The notes beneath the pieces were generated by a model. That model saw nothing but the letters and a program-made list of their open reading frames with translations, was not told the DNA's origin and did no database searches. Made by a program: the position numbers and the translations under genes. Below, one piece after another: positions 1-9,375 of a stretch of DNA of 64,000 nucleotides. Source of the DNA: an uncultured Holophagae bacterium (lineage in GTDB: Bacteria > Acidobacteriota > Thermoanaerobaculia > Thermoanaerobaculales > Sulfomarinibacteraceae); contig CAVQXZ010000001.1 of assembly GCA_963718055.1 (NCBI GenBank), forward strand, positions 848,983 to 912,982, given 5' to 3'. The first letter of the stretch is position 1. Each line of letters starts with the position of its first letter.

Positions 1-1040
1 GGGAACATGGTGTCGTAGAGCGTGATCGGCAGGGTGTTGGTCAGGGTGAAGGTCGAGTTGGCCGGGGTCGTGAAGTCGGCGTCGAACTTCCACAGGTTGA
101 GCGCGTCCTGGGGCGCGCCGTAGTTGGCACCCTGGTCCTGCGAGCCGAGGAAGTACTCGGGGCTGCCGGCCGGCGGCAGGGCGAAGCCGTCGATGTCGGC
201 GGGCAGCAGGCCGTCGCCGACGACGTACTGGGGCGAGCGGGGCACGAAGAAGGAGATGACGGTCGGCGTCGGGTTGCCGGAGACCATGTCCGCGCGGCTG
301 AGCGCGTAGACGCCGACCCCGGTGTAGCTCGCGCCGCCGGCGAACTCGCGGGTGGCGATGTAGTAGGCGTCGCTCCAGATGCCGTACTTCGGGTAGTCGG
401 GGAAGTTGGTGCCGGTCGAGATCGCCCAGCGGTAGTAGCTGCCCGTCGGGTCGCTCGTCGTCGACACGGCCACGCAGTTGTAGTAGGTCGGGCCGTTGGC
501 CGTGAACTGGGTCAGCATCCAGCGGTCGGCGAGCTGGTCGTAGAGCACGATCGGGTCGCCCTGGTTCTCGTTCTGGCAGGGGCCGCCGAAGCCGGACCAC
601 AGGGTGTTGTTGTTGGCTGGCCCGTAGGCGTTGCTGCCGTCCTTGTTGAAGACCTGGAAGCGGACGTTCGCCATCGCCACGTAGTGGTTGGGCCCGACGT
701 CGCCGACCGGGTCCGGCGGCGTGTAGCCGCCCTGGTTCGGCTGGCCGTCGAAGCTGATGAGCGGCGCCGGGATCATCTCCGGTCCGCCGGTCCAGCCCTG
801 CACGATCGGGTCGACGTCCTGCGGGCCGAGCTCGGCCGGAGGCAGCTCCGGATCATCCGAGCGCCGAGTCATGGGGTCGAGGACCGGCGGGATGTCGCGC
901 AGCGGCGGCGAGATATCGAATTTCACCACCGGCTGCAGCCCGCGGTAGATCCCGGAGACCTGGTCCTGGGCCTGGACAATCGGGGTCGCACCAGCGACCA
1001 GCAGCACTGCCACGAGCACGACACGCATCGAGGTCCTCAT
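1..1040 (-). CDS. Secreted propeller-like protein, N-terminal part only (3' end lies beyond the window edge); tandem paralog of 1455..4322
   Basis: The minus-strand frame is open from base 1 to the ATG at 1038-1040, with AGGAG 8 nt upstream. The translation MRTSMRVVLVAVLLVAGATPIVQAQDQVSGIYRGLQPVVKFDISPPLRDIPP... is collinear with the N-terminus of the 1455..4322 product (shared GDPIVLYDQxADRWMLTQF, NFPDYPKYG, GAPQDALxLWKFDADF). It is missing from the ORF track because it runs off the edge. Confidence 0.8.
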   Translation of the reverse strand, partial: MRTSMRVVLVAVLLVAGATPIVQAQDQVSGIYRGLQPVVKFDISPPLRDIPPVLDPMTRRSDDPELPPAELGPQDVDPIVQGWTGGPEMIPAPLISFDGQPNQGGYTPPDPVGDVGPNHYVAMANVRFQVFNKDGSNAYGPANNNTLWSGFGGPCQNENQGDPIVLYDQLADRWMLTQFTANGPTYYNCVAVSTTSDPTGSYYRWAISTGTNFPDYPKYGIWSDAYYIATREFAGGASYTGVGVYALSRADMVSGNPTPTVISFFVPRSPQYVVGDGLLPADIDGFALPPAGSPEYFLGSQDQGANYGAPQDALNLWKFDADFTTPANSTFTLTNTLPITLYDTMF

Positions 1041-1253
1041 CACTCTGTCTCCTTCGTGGTCGATTGGCCGGCACACGGTGTTGAATGGGGGCCGGGTCGC
1101 ACAGTGACACGGCCCACCGTGAAAGCCGGAACAATCCAAGGTCGAATCGTGGGACTTCTGCGCCGCGGTGTCAATAGGATCCGGGGGATAGGGGCTGAGG
1201 GCCAGGGGTTAGGCCCGCGCCCCCTTCCGCTTCCGCGCCCGCTTCCGGATGCT

Positions 1254-1439
1254 TTGTAGCGCAGCCTTCGAGGCTGCATGTTGTGGCGCAGCCATCCTGG
1301 CTGCAGCTGGGTTCGAGGCAGCCTGGAAGGCGCTACCCCACAAGAAAACCGCCCCGGTTTCCCGGGGCGGTCGTTGTTGTAGCGCAGGCATCCTGCCTGC
1401 CTTGTAGCACAGGCTTGTAGCGCAGGCTTCCAGCCTGCA
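1254..1439. repeat. Cluster of REP-like 25-nt hairpin units (TTGTAGCGCAGSC-N5-GSCTGCA)
   Basis: Units start at 1254, 1280, 1376, 1401 (truncated) and 1414, with an inverted variant near 1310-1335. Each has a GTAG/GTGG head followed by a 6-bp stem and 5-nt loop (GCAGCC ttcga GGCTGC; GCAGGC atcct GCCTGC). Confidence 0.7.
1341..1371 (-). terminator. Rho-independent terminator downstream of the 1455..4322 gene
   Basis: 10-bp GC stem ACCGCCCCGG / CCGGGGCGGT (1348-1357 and 1362-1371) with a 4-nt loop. On the minus strand it is followed by TTTCTTG. Confidence 0.7.
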
Positions 1440-1454
1440 CCCCCGGATAGTGGA

Positions 1455-4322
1455 CTACGGCACGGTCGCAGACCAAGCCGAGGTGTCGCCCGACTCGAAG
1501 CCGTCCTCGAAGGGCAAACCAGCGACCGTCTCGCAGTCGGTGGGGACCATGACGTTGGTGATCTCGATGTCGTCCACCCACCAACCCTGGTAGGTCACGC
1601 TGCCGTCGGTCGACAGCCGCCAGCGCAGCGTGACCTCCTGGTTGGCCCAGGCCGCAAGCGAGGCCGTGTACTGGGCCCACGTCGGCGTGCCGCTGCCGGT
1701 GAAGTAGGACCCGGTCGGCAGACCGCAGGCGTCGCTGGTGTTGGTCGAGTTGCCGGGGTAGTTCACCGGCACCTTTGCCCACGTGGAGCCGCCGTCGGTG
1801 GAGATCTCCACCACCCCCTTGTCATAGCTGTTCTCGAGCTGGTACTTCGACCAGAAGCTCAGGTCCGGGCTGCCGCCGAGCAGCATCTGGGGAGTGGTGA
1901 TGCCGGCGCAGACGTTGTTGCCATAGGTGCCGGTCAAGTAGACGTGGGGACCGAAGTTGCCCCCTGTCGTCGCGATCGACCATGGCGTCTCCGGGGTCAG
2001 AGTCGCGTCGCCAGTGTCGCCGGCATCGTCGATCCAGGTGCCGATGCTGTAGGGTCCGGTCGGCACCCCGGAGCGTTCCTCGAGGTTCTGCTCCTCGGCG
2101 CTGTTGACGGAGTCGACCGCCCGCACCACGTAGTAGTGCCGGACCTGTGACTGCAGCTCATCCGAGTCGACGAACGAGGTTCCGGTGACGCCGCTCGCCA
2201 CGCGGTTGTCGGTGCTTGGGGTGAAGCCCTGGGTCGTGGACCGGTACACGTTGTAGGTGATGCTCCCCGCGCAGCGGCTGATCGCCGGGCTCCAGCCGAG
2301 CTCAAGGGTGCACTGGTTGAACGCGGGGTTGGCCACCGTCTCGATCCCCGCGAACAGCGGCGGCAGGGTGCAGGCGCCGGTGGCAACCGCGCTGGCCTCG
2401 TTGGACGGGTCGGAGAGGCAGGCGCCGCCGTCGGACGAGCGGACCACGTAGAAGTACTCGGTGCCGCCGCTGACGTCATAGTCGGGGTAGGTGTAGCCTG
2501 CCCCGCCTCCCGAGCCCGGGCTCGAGTCCGGCACCGTGGCGATCAGGTCGTAGGGGCCACCGGAGGTGTACGAGCGGAACACCAGGTACTCGGTGATCTC
2601 AGGCGTCGCGGAGTCGTCCCAGCCGACCTCGATCAGGTTGTCGCCGCCGACCCCTGCGGAGACGATCGGGGGGACGATGACCAGCGCGCAGCCACAGCTG
2701 TCGAACTTGAAGGCGCCGATCCGCAGCCGCCAGCCGACGCTGCTCGTGGTGGGGATGTACTGGTTGACGTACCAGAAGGTGCAGTCGTCGATCGGGTCGA
2801 CGTTCATCGAGGTGTAGTCGCCCCAGCGCTGGCTGCCGGTCTGGGAGCCGGTGCCGTTGATGAACGAGGCCTCTCCCTGGGGCATTGTTCCGAGGGAGTC
2901 GCCCGACAGCCGGCCGGTGTACCACGAGCTCGGGAAGGTGCTGGTGCCGTTCGATGCGCTGTAGCCGAGCGCCATGTTGCCGGAGCTGTCCTGGGCGATG
3001 CTCCCCATCCAGCGGTGGATGCCGTCGGAGACGCCAGGCGCGTAGCTTCCCTCCTGGTAGATGAAAGGTGCGGAGCTCGGGCTGCGGATCTCCCACCAGC
3101 GGATGCCGGACATGGTGGCCGACGCCTCGATCGACTGGTTGGTGACCAGCGCCTCGTGGCTGCCGAAGTTGCGGTAGGCGAGGCGGTGCATGGGCCGCTG
3201 GCGGTAGCCGAGATGATCGATCAGGTTGGTGGTTCCCGGCTGCGGCACACAGGAACGGCCAGAGCAGAATGCCGGGATCGTGTCGTAGGCCGCGATCGGG
3301 ATGGTGTTGGACAAAATGAAGGTCGAGTTGGCCGGGGTCACGAAGTCGGCGTCGAACTTCCACAGCGTCAGCGCATCCTGGGGTGCGCCGTAGCTGGCGC
3401 CGTTGTCCATCGCGCCGAGGAAGAAGTTGGGGCTGCCGGCCGGCGGGAGGTCGTTGCCGTCCAGGTCCGAGGGCAGCAGGCCATCGCCGACGTTGAAGGC
3501 GCCGCCGGAGCTGGCCGGGGTGGCCAGGAAGGAGATGACCTGCAGGGCGGGGTTGCCCGAGATGAGATCAGCACGCTTGAGCGCGTAGGCGCCGACGCCC
3601 ACGAAGGTCGAGCCGCCGGCGAACTCGCGGGTGCTGATGTAGTAGGCGTCGGGCCAGACGCCGTACTTCGGGTAGTCGGGGAAGTTTGGTCCGGTCGAGA
3701 CCGCCCAGCGGTACCAGGCGCCGGTCGGGTCGCCGGTCTGGGACACGGCCACGCAGTTGAAGTAGGTCGGGCCGAACGACGTGAACTGAGTCAGCATCCA
3801 GCGGTCGGCGATCTGGTCGTAGAGCACGATCGGGTCGCCGGCGTTATCGTTCTGGCAGTCGCCGCCGAAGCCGGTCCACAGGGTGTTGTTGGCGGCCGGG
3901 CCGTACAGGCTGGTGCCGGCCTTATCGTAGATTTGGAAGTAGAGGTTGCTCATCGCCACGTAGTGGTTGGGCCCGATATCGCCGACCGGATCCGGCGGCG
4001 ACACGCCGGCGATGTTGCTCGGCCCATCGAAGCTGATGAGCGGCGCCGGGATCATCTCCGGTCCGCCAGCCCAGTCCTGTACGAGCGGGTCAACGTCTTG
4101 CGGCCCGAGCTCGCCGGGCGGTCCCTCCGGGTCGACCATCGCCTCGCCGCCCGCCGTGACGGGCAGCGGCGGGATGTCACGCAGCGGTGGCGAGATATCG
4201 AACTTCACCACCGGCTGCAGCCCGCGGTAGAGCGCGGAGATCTGGTCGCCGGCTTCGAGGGTTGGGCTGATGGCGAGCACGCACACGGCCGCCAGGGTCA
4301 TCAGGGCTCTGGAATCGCGCAT
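1455..4322 (-). CDS. Large secreted multidomain protein (propeller-like N-terminal half, two FN3-like modules, jelly-roll-like module) ending in the [14 protein letters not shown] tag
   Basis: ORF 1455..4430; the best start is the ATG at 4322, preceded by GGAGGAG. The signal peptide is MRDSRALMTLAAVCVLAISPTLEAG. Motifs include GDPIVLYDQIADRWMLTQF, WGDYTSMNVDP, FN3-like YLVFRSYTSGGPY / YNVYRSTTQGFTP, and VVEISTDGGSTWAKV...GWWVDDIEITNV. The C-terminus is [24 protein letters not shown]. Confidence 0.85.
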   Translation of the reverse strand: MRDSRALMTLAAVCVLAISPTLEAGDQISALYRGLQPVVKFDISPPLRDIPPLPVTAGGEAMVDPEGPPGELGPQDVDPLVQDWAGGPEMIPAPLISFDGPSNIAGVSPPDPVGDIGPNHYVAMSNLYFQIYDKAGTSLYGPAANNTLWTGFGGDCQNDNAGDPIVLYDQIADRWMLTQFTSFGPTYFNCVAVSQTGDPTGAWYRWAVSTGPNFPDYPKYGVWPDAYYISTREFAGGSTFVGVGAYALKRADLISGNPALQVISFLATPASSGGAFNVGDGLLPSDLDGNDLPPAGSPNFFLGAMDNGASYGAPQDALTLWKFDADFVTPANSTFILSNTIPIAAYDTIPAFCSGRSCVPQPGTTNLIDHLGYRQRPMHRLAYRNFGSHEALVTNQSIEASATMSGIRWWEIRSPSSAPFIYQEGSYAPGVSDGIHRWMGSIAQDSSGNMALGYSASNGTSTFPSSWYTGRLSGDSLGTMPQGEASFINGTGSQTGSQRWGDYTSMNVDPIDDCTFWYVNQYIPTTSSVGWRLRIGAFKFDSCGCALVIVPPIVSAGVGGDNLIEVGWDDSATPEITEYLVFRSYTSGGPYDLIATVPDSSPGSGGGAGYTYPDYDVSGGTEYFYVVRSSDGGACLSDPSNEASAVATGACTLPPLFAGIETVANPAFNQCTLELGWSPAISRCAGSITYNVYRSTTQGFTPSTDNRVASGVTGTSFVDSDELQSQVRHYYVVRAVDSVNSAEEQNLEERSGVPTGPYSIGTWIDDAGDTGDATLTPETPWSIATTGGNFGPHVYLTGTYGNNVCAGITTPQMLLGGSPDLSFWSKYQLENSYDKGVVEISTDGGSTWAKVPVNYPGNSTNTSDACGLPTGSYFTGSGTPTWAQYTASLAAWANQEVTLRWRLSTDGSVTYQGWWVDDIEITNVMVPTDCETVAGLPFEDGFESGDTSAWSATVP

Positions 4323-4438
4323 CGTGTAATCTCCTCCGTGGTTTTCCCTGTCGTGCGCCCGTGCCACGTTGCATCTGGCGACGGCGGGTGCCGGGCGCAT
4401 CGACCCGCCGGCGGTTAGTTTCGGGAACATGACGGGTG

Positions 4439-4467
4439 ATATTGAGATAATTTCGCGCTCTTGTCAA
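4439..4467 (-). promoter_or_regulatory. Putative sigma70-type promoter for the 1455..4322 gene
   Basis: The minus strand reads TTGACA (4462-4467), N17, CAATAT (4439-4444), in an AT-richer patch about 115 nt upstream of the start codon. Confidence 0.3.
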
Positions 4468-4609
4468 GAGTGAGACCCGGTCGCCTTCCCGATGAGCTCG
4501 ACAGGTGAGAAGGGGAAAAGGGACCAGGGAAGAGGGGAAGGGGAGACCGGGAGCGGGAAGGCCTTCTTCGTGTCTTCGAGCCTCTGTGGCCTGAGCCGGG
4601 CTGCGCATC

Positions 4610-5701
4610 CTACCTCAACCCGCGGCGCCTGCTGTTGGATTCCTCGGCTGCGGCAGAGGACGGGTGCGGCGCCAGCAGCCCGGGCAGCACGGTGCGCGCG
4701 AGGTGGCGGCTGAGCGTGGCCGCGCCGTCCCAGTTGAGGTGGGTGAGGTCGAGGAAGTCGGCGTCGGTCAGGCCGAGGGATGCAGGATCGAGCTCGATGC
4801 GCTCGAAGGAGCAGGTCTGCGCTGCACGGTCGAGGTAGCTTCGGAACTCGCTGGACTCGCCAGGCGTGGCGATCCGGCGGCCGTAGCGGTCGGCCACCGG
4901 CGGGTCGAGCACGACGAGTGGAATCCCGCGATCACGGGTGAGGCGGCAGATCGAGCGGAAGGCGGCTTCCGGCGCGCCTCCGATCTCGTACCGGTCCATG
5001 TACTCGTGTCTCCCCCACGGCAGGGCATCGCGCATCAGCTCCTGTTGCTGCTCCTCGGTGAGGTCGGAGAGCCGCCGCTGCTGCCACCGTCGCGGCCCGA
5101 ACTGTGCTCCGCGTTTTCTCGCGAGTTTCTCGATGCGGGGCTGCACGGAGTCCCAGTACAGAGCCCGGGTGGCGAACAGGGTGCAGGTGGAGAGGCCGCG
5201 GAAGGCGCCCCCGCTCGCCGCGACCAGACGCTTTCCGCTGTCGACCCACGGTGCCGCCTCGACCAGGTCGCCGAGCGAGCAGTACGATCTCAGGTCGCGC
5301 GGGACATGTCCGTGGTTCGCGTTGAGGGACGCCGGAGAGAGCTCGAGCACGACCACGGCCGGACTGCCGTTCGAGGCCACCACGTCGCGCAGCACCTGCC
5401 AGCTGGTGAAGGCGCTGGTGCCGGGCTGGCCGAGGCAAAAGGCGGTGACCGGCCGGCCGAGGCTCTCGGAGAGCGTGCCTTCGATGACCGCTGGAATCAC
5501 GGCAGTGTTGATCTTCGAGGTCCCCAGGAACAGTACGTCGGCCGCAACGCGCTGCTGCTGGTAGACGTAGATCGCGAGCGCGCGGTCGTTGGAAAAAGGG
5601 GTCCAGTAGTTGACCCGGAGCCAGCTGCTGGCCGCATTCGACAGCACGATCACGAGCACCAACCCGACGATTCGCAGCAGCCATGATCGAGTCGATGTCA
5701 T
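4610..5701 (-). CDS. Membrane-anchored SGNH/DltD/AlgJ-like acyltransferase partner of the MBOAT protein
   Basis: These are the last 364 codons of ORF 4610..7021, starting at the ATG at 5701, 11 nt after the MBOAT stop. There is an N-terminal TM anchor (WLLRIVGLVLVIVLS). LFLGTSK and C-terminal LDLTHLNWDG resemble SGNH block I and block V (DxxH). Confidence 0.6.
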   Translation of the reverse strand: MTSTRSWLLRIVGLVLVIVLSNAASSWLRVNYWTPFSNDRALAIYVYQQQRVAADVLFLGTSKINTAVIPAVIEGTLSESLGRPVTAFCLGQPGTSAFTSWQVLRDVVASNGSPAVVVLELSPASLNANHGHVPRDLRSYCSLGDLVEAAPWVDSGKRLVAASGGAFRGLSTCTLFATRALYWDSVQPRIEKLARKRGAQFGPRRWQQRRLSDLTEEQQQELMRDALPWGRHEYMDRYEIGGAPEAAFRSICRLTRDRGIPLVVLDPPVADRYGRRIATPGESSEFRSYLDRAAQTCSFERIELDPASLGLTDADFLDLTHLNWDGAATLSRHLARTVLPGLLAPHPSSAAAEESNSRRRGLR

Positions 5702-5712
5702 CTCTGACCGCC

Positions 5713-7140
5713 TCAGAACTGGAAGTAGTAGTAGGGCTGGGCCTGGCCGGAGACGAGCACCAGCAGGCCGAGAACCAACGCGACCGCCGCCCCTTGAAGG
5801 ACTGGCGACATTCCGGCGAAGCGCTCCTCGGCGCCGAGCTTCCACCTCTCGGGCGCGAAGTGGATCAGCAGCGCGACTCCGATCAGCAGCGCGAGGCGGC
5901 CGTCGATCGCCGCACCCCCAGCCAGGCCGACGCCGCGACTCACCATCGTGCGCACCGTCTCGAGGTCGGCAGCGCGGAACAGCAGGCCACCGAGCATGGT
6001 CAGGTGGAAGATCGAAAGGACGCCGAGGAGGTGGCGGGCTGGGGAGGGGACCAGCGATCGGCCGCGCCGCGTTGCCAGCGCGACCATGAACAGGTAGAGG
6101 CAGAGCAGGGCACCGTTGTAGAGGCCCCAGAGGACGAAGGTCCAGGCGGCGCCGTGCCACAGCCCGATCAACCCGAAGGTGATCAAGATGTTGACCGCGG
6201 TCCTGGCGAGGCCGCAGCGGGAGCCGCCGAGCGGAAAGTAGAGGTAGTCCCGGAACCACGTGCTCATGGTGATGTGCCAGCGCCGCCAGTAGTCGGCGAT
6301 GCTGTGGGCCTTGTAGGGCGACCGGAAGTTGATCGGAAACTCGTAGCCGAGCAGCCGGCCGGTCCCGATCGCAATGTCCGAGTAGGCTGAGAAGTCGTTG
6401 TAGATCTGGAACTTGAAGCCGTAGATCGCAGCCAGGATGGCGAGCGCTCCGTACCGCGCGGGCTCGGCGAACACGGGATCCACGAGGTACACCGCGAGAA
6501 TGTCGGCGACCAGGACCTTCTTGATGAGGCCCTTGAGGACGAGGTAGATGCCGGTGCCGGCCTGGTGTGCGGTCGCGCGGGTGGCGCCGTCGAGCTGCGG
6601 TAGGAACTGGCGGGCGCGCACGATCGGCCCCGCCACCAGCTGCGGGAAGAACGTCACGAACAGCGCGAACTCGACAAAGGTACGGCAGGGCTCGAGCTCG
6701 CGCCGGTAGATGTCGATGGTGTAGCTCATCGACTGGAAGGTGTAGAACGAGATGCCGACCGGCAGGAGCAGTCGGAGCGCGGGCAGCGACGGGTGAAGGC
6801 CGATCGTCTGGAGCAGGGCGTAGAGGTTCTCCGCGAAGAACCCGTAGTACTTGAACACGGCCAGGAGGCCGAGGTTGCCGACCACGCTCACGCCGAGCAG
6901 GATCTTCCGGCGCCTGGGGTCGACCGCGTGGTGGATCGCGCTGCCGAGGGCATAGTCGAGCACCGTGGAGTAGAGGATCAGGCCGAGATAGCGCACGTTC
7001 CACGCCCCGTAGAAGATGCACGACGCGACCAGGAGCAGCACGTGGCGGGCCTGACGGTGCCCGGCCAAAGCCCCGGCGAGGAGCAGGACCGCGATCAGAA
7101 AGAAGCCGAACTGGGCGGTGTGGAACAGCACCGCCGCCAT
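5713..7140 (-). CDS. MBOAT-family membrane O-acyltransferase (AlgI/DltB/PatA-like)
   Basis: 475-aa ORF with hallmarks FYTFQSMSYTIDIYR, FFPQLVAGPIVRA, DFSAYSDIAIG, YWRRWHITMSTWFRDYLYFPLGG and LWHGAAW (the conserved His). Confidence 0.9.
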   Translation of the reverse strand: MAAVLFHTAQFGFFLIAVLLLAGALAGHRQARHVLLLVASCIFYGAWNVRYLGLILYSTVLDYALGSAIHHAVDPRRRKILLGVSVVGNLGLLAVFKYYGFFAENLYALLQTIGLHPSLPALRLLLPVGISFYTFQSMSYTIDIYRRELEPCRTFVEFALFVTFFPQLVAGPIVRARQFLPQLDGATRATAHQAGTGIYLVLKGLIKKVLVADILAVYLVDPVFAEPARYGALAILAAIYGFKFQIYNDFSAYSDIAIGTGRLLGYEFPINFRSPYKAHSIADYWRRWHITMSTWFRDYLYFPLGGSRCGLARTAVNILITFGLIGLWHGAAWTFVLWGLYNGALLCLYLFMVALATRRGRSLVPSPARHLLGVLSIFHLTMLGGLLFRAADLETVRTMVSRGVGLAGGAAIDGRLALLIGVALLIHFAPERWKLGAEERFAGMSPVLQGAAVALVLGLLVLVSGQAQPYYYFQF

Positions 7141-7293
7141 GTGTACCCGATCACGAACGCCGCGACAAGCCGGCCCCCCTGCTTTATCCGGCGGTCATCC
7201 TGGACTGCGGAGCGTGGGCACGCCGGAAGGCCCGGCCGATCCCGCACCGGGGTATGCTGGCGGGCGGCACTCCGGGCACGAAGGGAGGGGGGC

Positions 7294-9365
7294 GTGCTGA
7301 GGGAGCTCGTGTCACGCTCGCACCGCCGGCTGGGCGCGGCGCGGCTGGCCGGCGCCGCGGTCAGCGGACTGCTCGGCCAGCTCGCGGTGCACATGCCGGG
7401 GGGGTACTTCGGCCCCGCCGACTCGACCACGATCGAGGGCCGCTGGTACGCGGCCGTAGTGGTCCTGCTGGCGGTGATCGGCAGCGACGCCTACCTGTCC
7501 CGGCGGCGCTGGCTTCCACTGGTCGTGCCAGCGCTGTACGCCCTGAACGTCGGGGTCTTCATCGCACCGCTGGCCAGCGACCCGGTGGTGGCCGGACTCG
7601 TGCTGGCCTGGAATCTCGTGCTGCTCGGCCGCTTCCTCTTCCCGCGGTCGACCACGGCGTCGGTGCGGATCGCGGCGACCGAGATCGACGTCGATGACGA
7701 CCTCGGACGCTGGCTGCTCGTCAACCTTCCGGCGGCGCGCCACCTGGCAGCGGTCGCCCTGGCGGCGACGCTTGCCGTCGTGGGCTTCGAAATCAGCGCG
7801 ATCCAGGCCGTGGAGCTGCTGACGCTGGGCGTCGACCTGGCGGTCATGGCGATCCTGACGCCGTTCCTCCTCCGGCTGGCGCGGCGCGGCGAGCGTCTGC
7901 CGTGGCTGCCCCTGCTGCTGTCCGCGGCCGCCGTTCCGGCCGTGGCGCGGCCCGCGCTGGCGCTATCGTTGCTCGCCGCCTCGCTGGCGGTCGGCCTTGC
8001 GCTGCTGGTCAGCCACACGCCGCTGTTCAGGGAGCTGCTCGATCACTTCTTCGGACGCCCGGCGCTGCTCGTTCTGGCCTCGTTCGCGGCGCTGATCGCC
8101 GTCGGCACGGTGCTGCTGAGCATGCCCGCGGCCTCCGCGACGGGGCACGGCATCGAACCGGTGGACGCCTTCTTCACGGCAACCAGCGCGAGCTGCGTCA
8201 CCGGCCTGATCGTGCTCGACACGCCGAACGATCTCTCGCTCTTCGGTCAGCTGGTGGTGCTGGCGTTGATCCAGGTTGGGGGCCTGAACATCATGGTGCT
8301 GTCGACCTTCGCGGCCATCATGGTCGGCCGCGGCCTCGGGCTGCGGGGCGAGGCGGCGATTGCCGAGCTGCTCGACATCCGGGAGAGTCGCTCCGCCTAC
8401 CGGCTGATCGTGCTCATCGTGGTGACGACCTTCACCATCGAGGCGGCCGGAGCGCTCGCGCTGGCTGCCGTCTTCCTCCGCTACACAGCATGGGCTGGGT
8501 CGAGGCGCTGTGGAAGGGCGTCTTCCATTCGGTCTCGGCGTTCTGCAACGCCGGCTTCGCCCTCCAGAGCGACTCGCTGATCCCATTCCAGCGCGACCCG
8601 GCGGTGCTGCTGACGGTCGCCTGTCTGATCACCCTCGGGGGCCTCGGATTCGCGGTGCTCGCCTTCGCGTGGCTGCGGGTCGCCGGGCGCCGGAAGATCG
8701 GGCTCGCGGTGCAGGTGCGGGTGGTGCTGGTGGCGTCGGCGGTCCTGGTCGTCGTCGGCTGGCTCACGATCGCGGCACTGGAGTGGGAGGGCTCGCTGGC
8801 CGGGTTGCCGGTCCGCGATCGCGTCCTCAATGCGTTGTTCCAGAGTGTGACCTGCCGGACCGCGGGCTTCAACTCCGTGGCGTACGACAGCCTGAACCCG
8901 GCGACGGTCCTGCTGATGATCTTCCTGATGTTCGTGGGCGCCTCGCCGGGAGGCACTGGCGGCGGGATCAAGACCACCACCCTGGTGGTGCTGTTGAGTG
9001 CTGTTCCGTCGGCCGCCAGGGGGCGGCCCGATGTGGTGCTGTTCCGGCGGCGGATCGCTGCCGGCACGGTCTACCGCAGCGCCGCGATCGCGGTGGTGGC
9101 CGTGCTGGTGGTGGCGGTAGCGGCGATGCTGCTGCTTGCCAGCCAGCAGGGCGGCTTCGAGAGTATGCTCTTCGAGGTGGTGAGCGCGTTCGGCACCGTC
9201 GGTCTCTCGCTGGGCGCGACCGCGATGCTCGACGGGTTCGGCAAGGTCGTCGTCGCCCTGGTCATGCTGGCGGGCCGGGTCGGACCGCTCGCGCTGGCAC
9301 TGCTGTTCGGCCGCGGCGGCGAGGCGCGCGTCGGCTATCCTGAGGCCAGCCTCATGGTCGGCTAG
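7294..9365 (+). CDS. trkH: TrkH/KtrB-family K+ transporter with a long N-terminal membrane extension; reading frame broken near 8478-8492
   Basis: Starts at GTG 7294 (GGAGGGGGG upstream). Frame 1 runs to about 8480, then frame 3 runs to the stop at 9365. Hallmarks are DAFFTATSASCVTGL, QVGGLNIMV, FHSVSAFCNAGFAL, GASPGGTGGGIKTTT and SAFGTVGLSLG. About 270 residues of extra TM segments precede the Trk core. Confidence 0.8.
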
Positions 9366-9375
9366 GAGGATCACC

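Noticed and set aside
1254-1290. Similarity of the REP unit TGTAGCGCAGCC to the tRNA-Pro 5' region (GTGTAGCGCAGCCTGG at 58991), considered as evidence that the REPs are tRNA-derived.
   Set aside because: The match is only about 12-13 nt and covers the generic D-arm consensus. No acceptor or T-arm similarity follows, so chance resemblance is the simpler reading.
4610-7021. 803-aa ORF treated as a single gene.
   Set aside because: Its N-terminal 440 residues are an off-frame reading of the MBOAT gene (5713..7140). Only the last 364 codons (from ATG 5701) form a credible protein.
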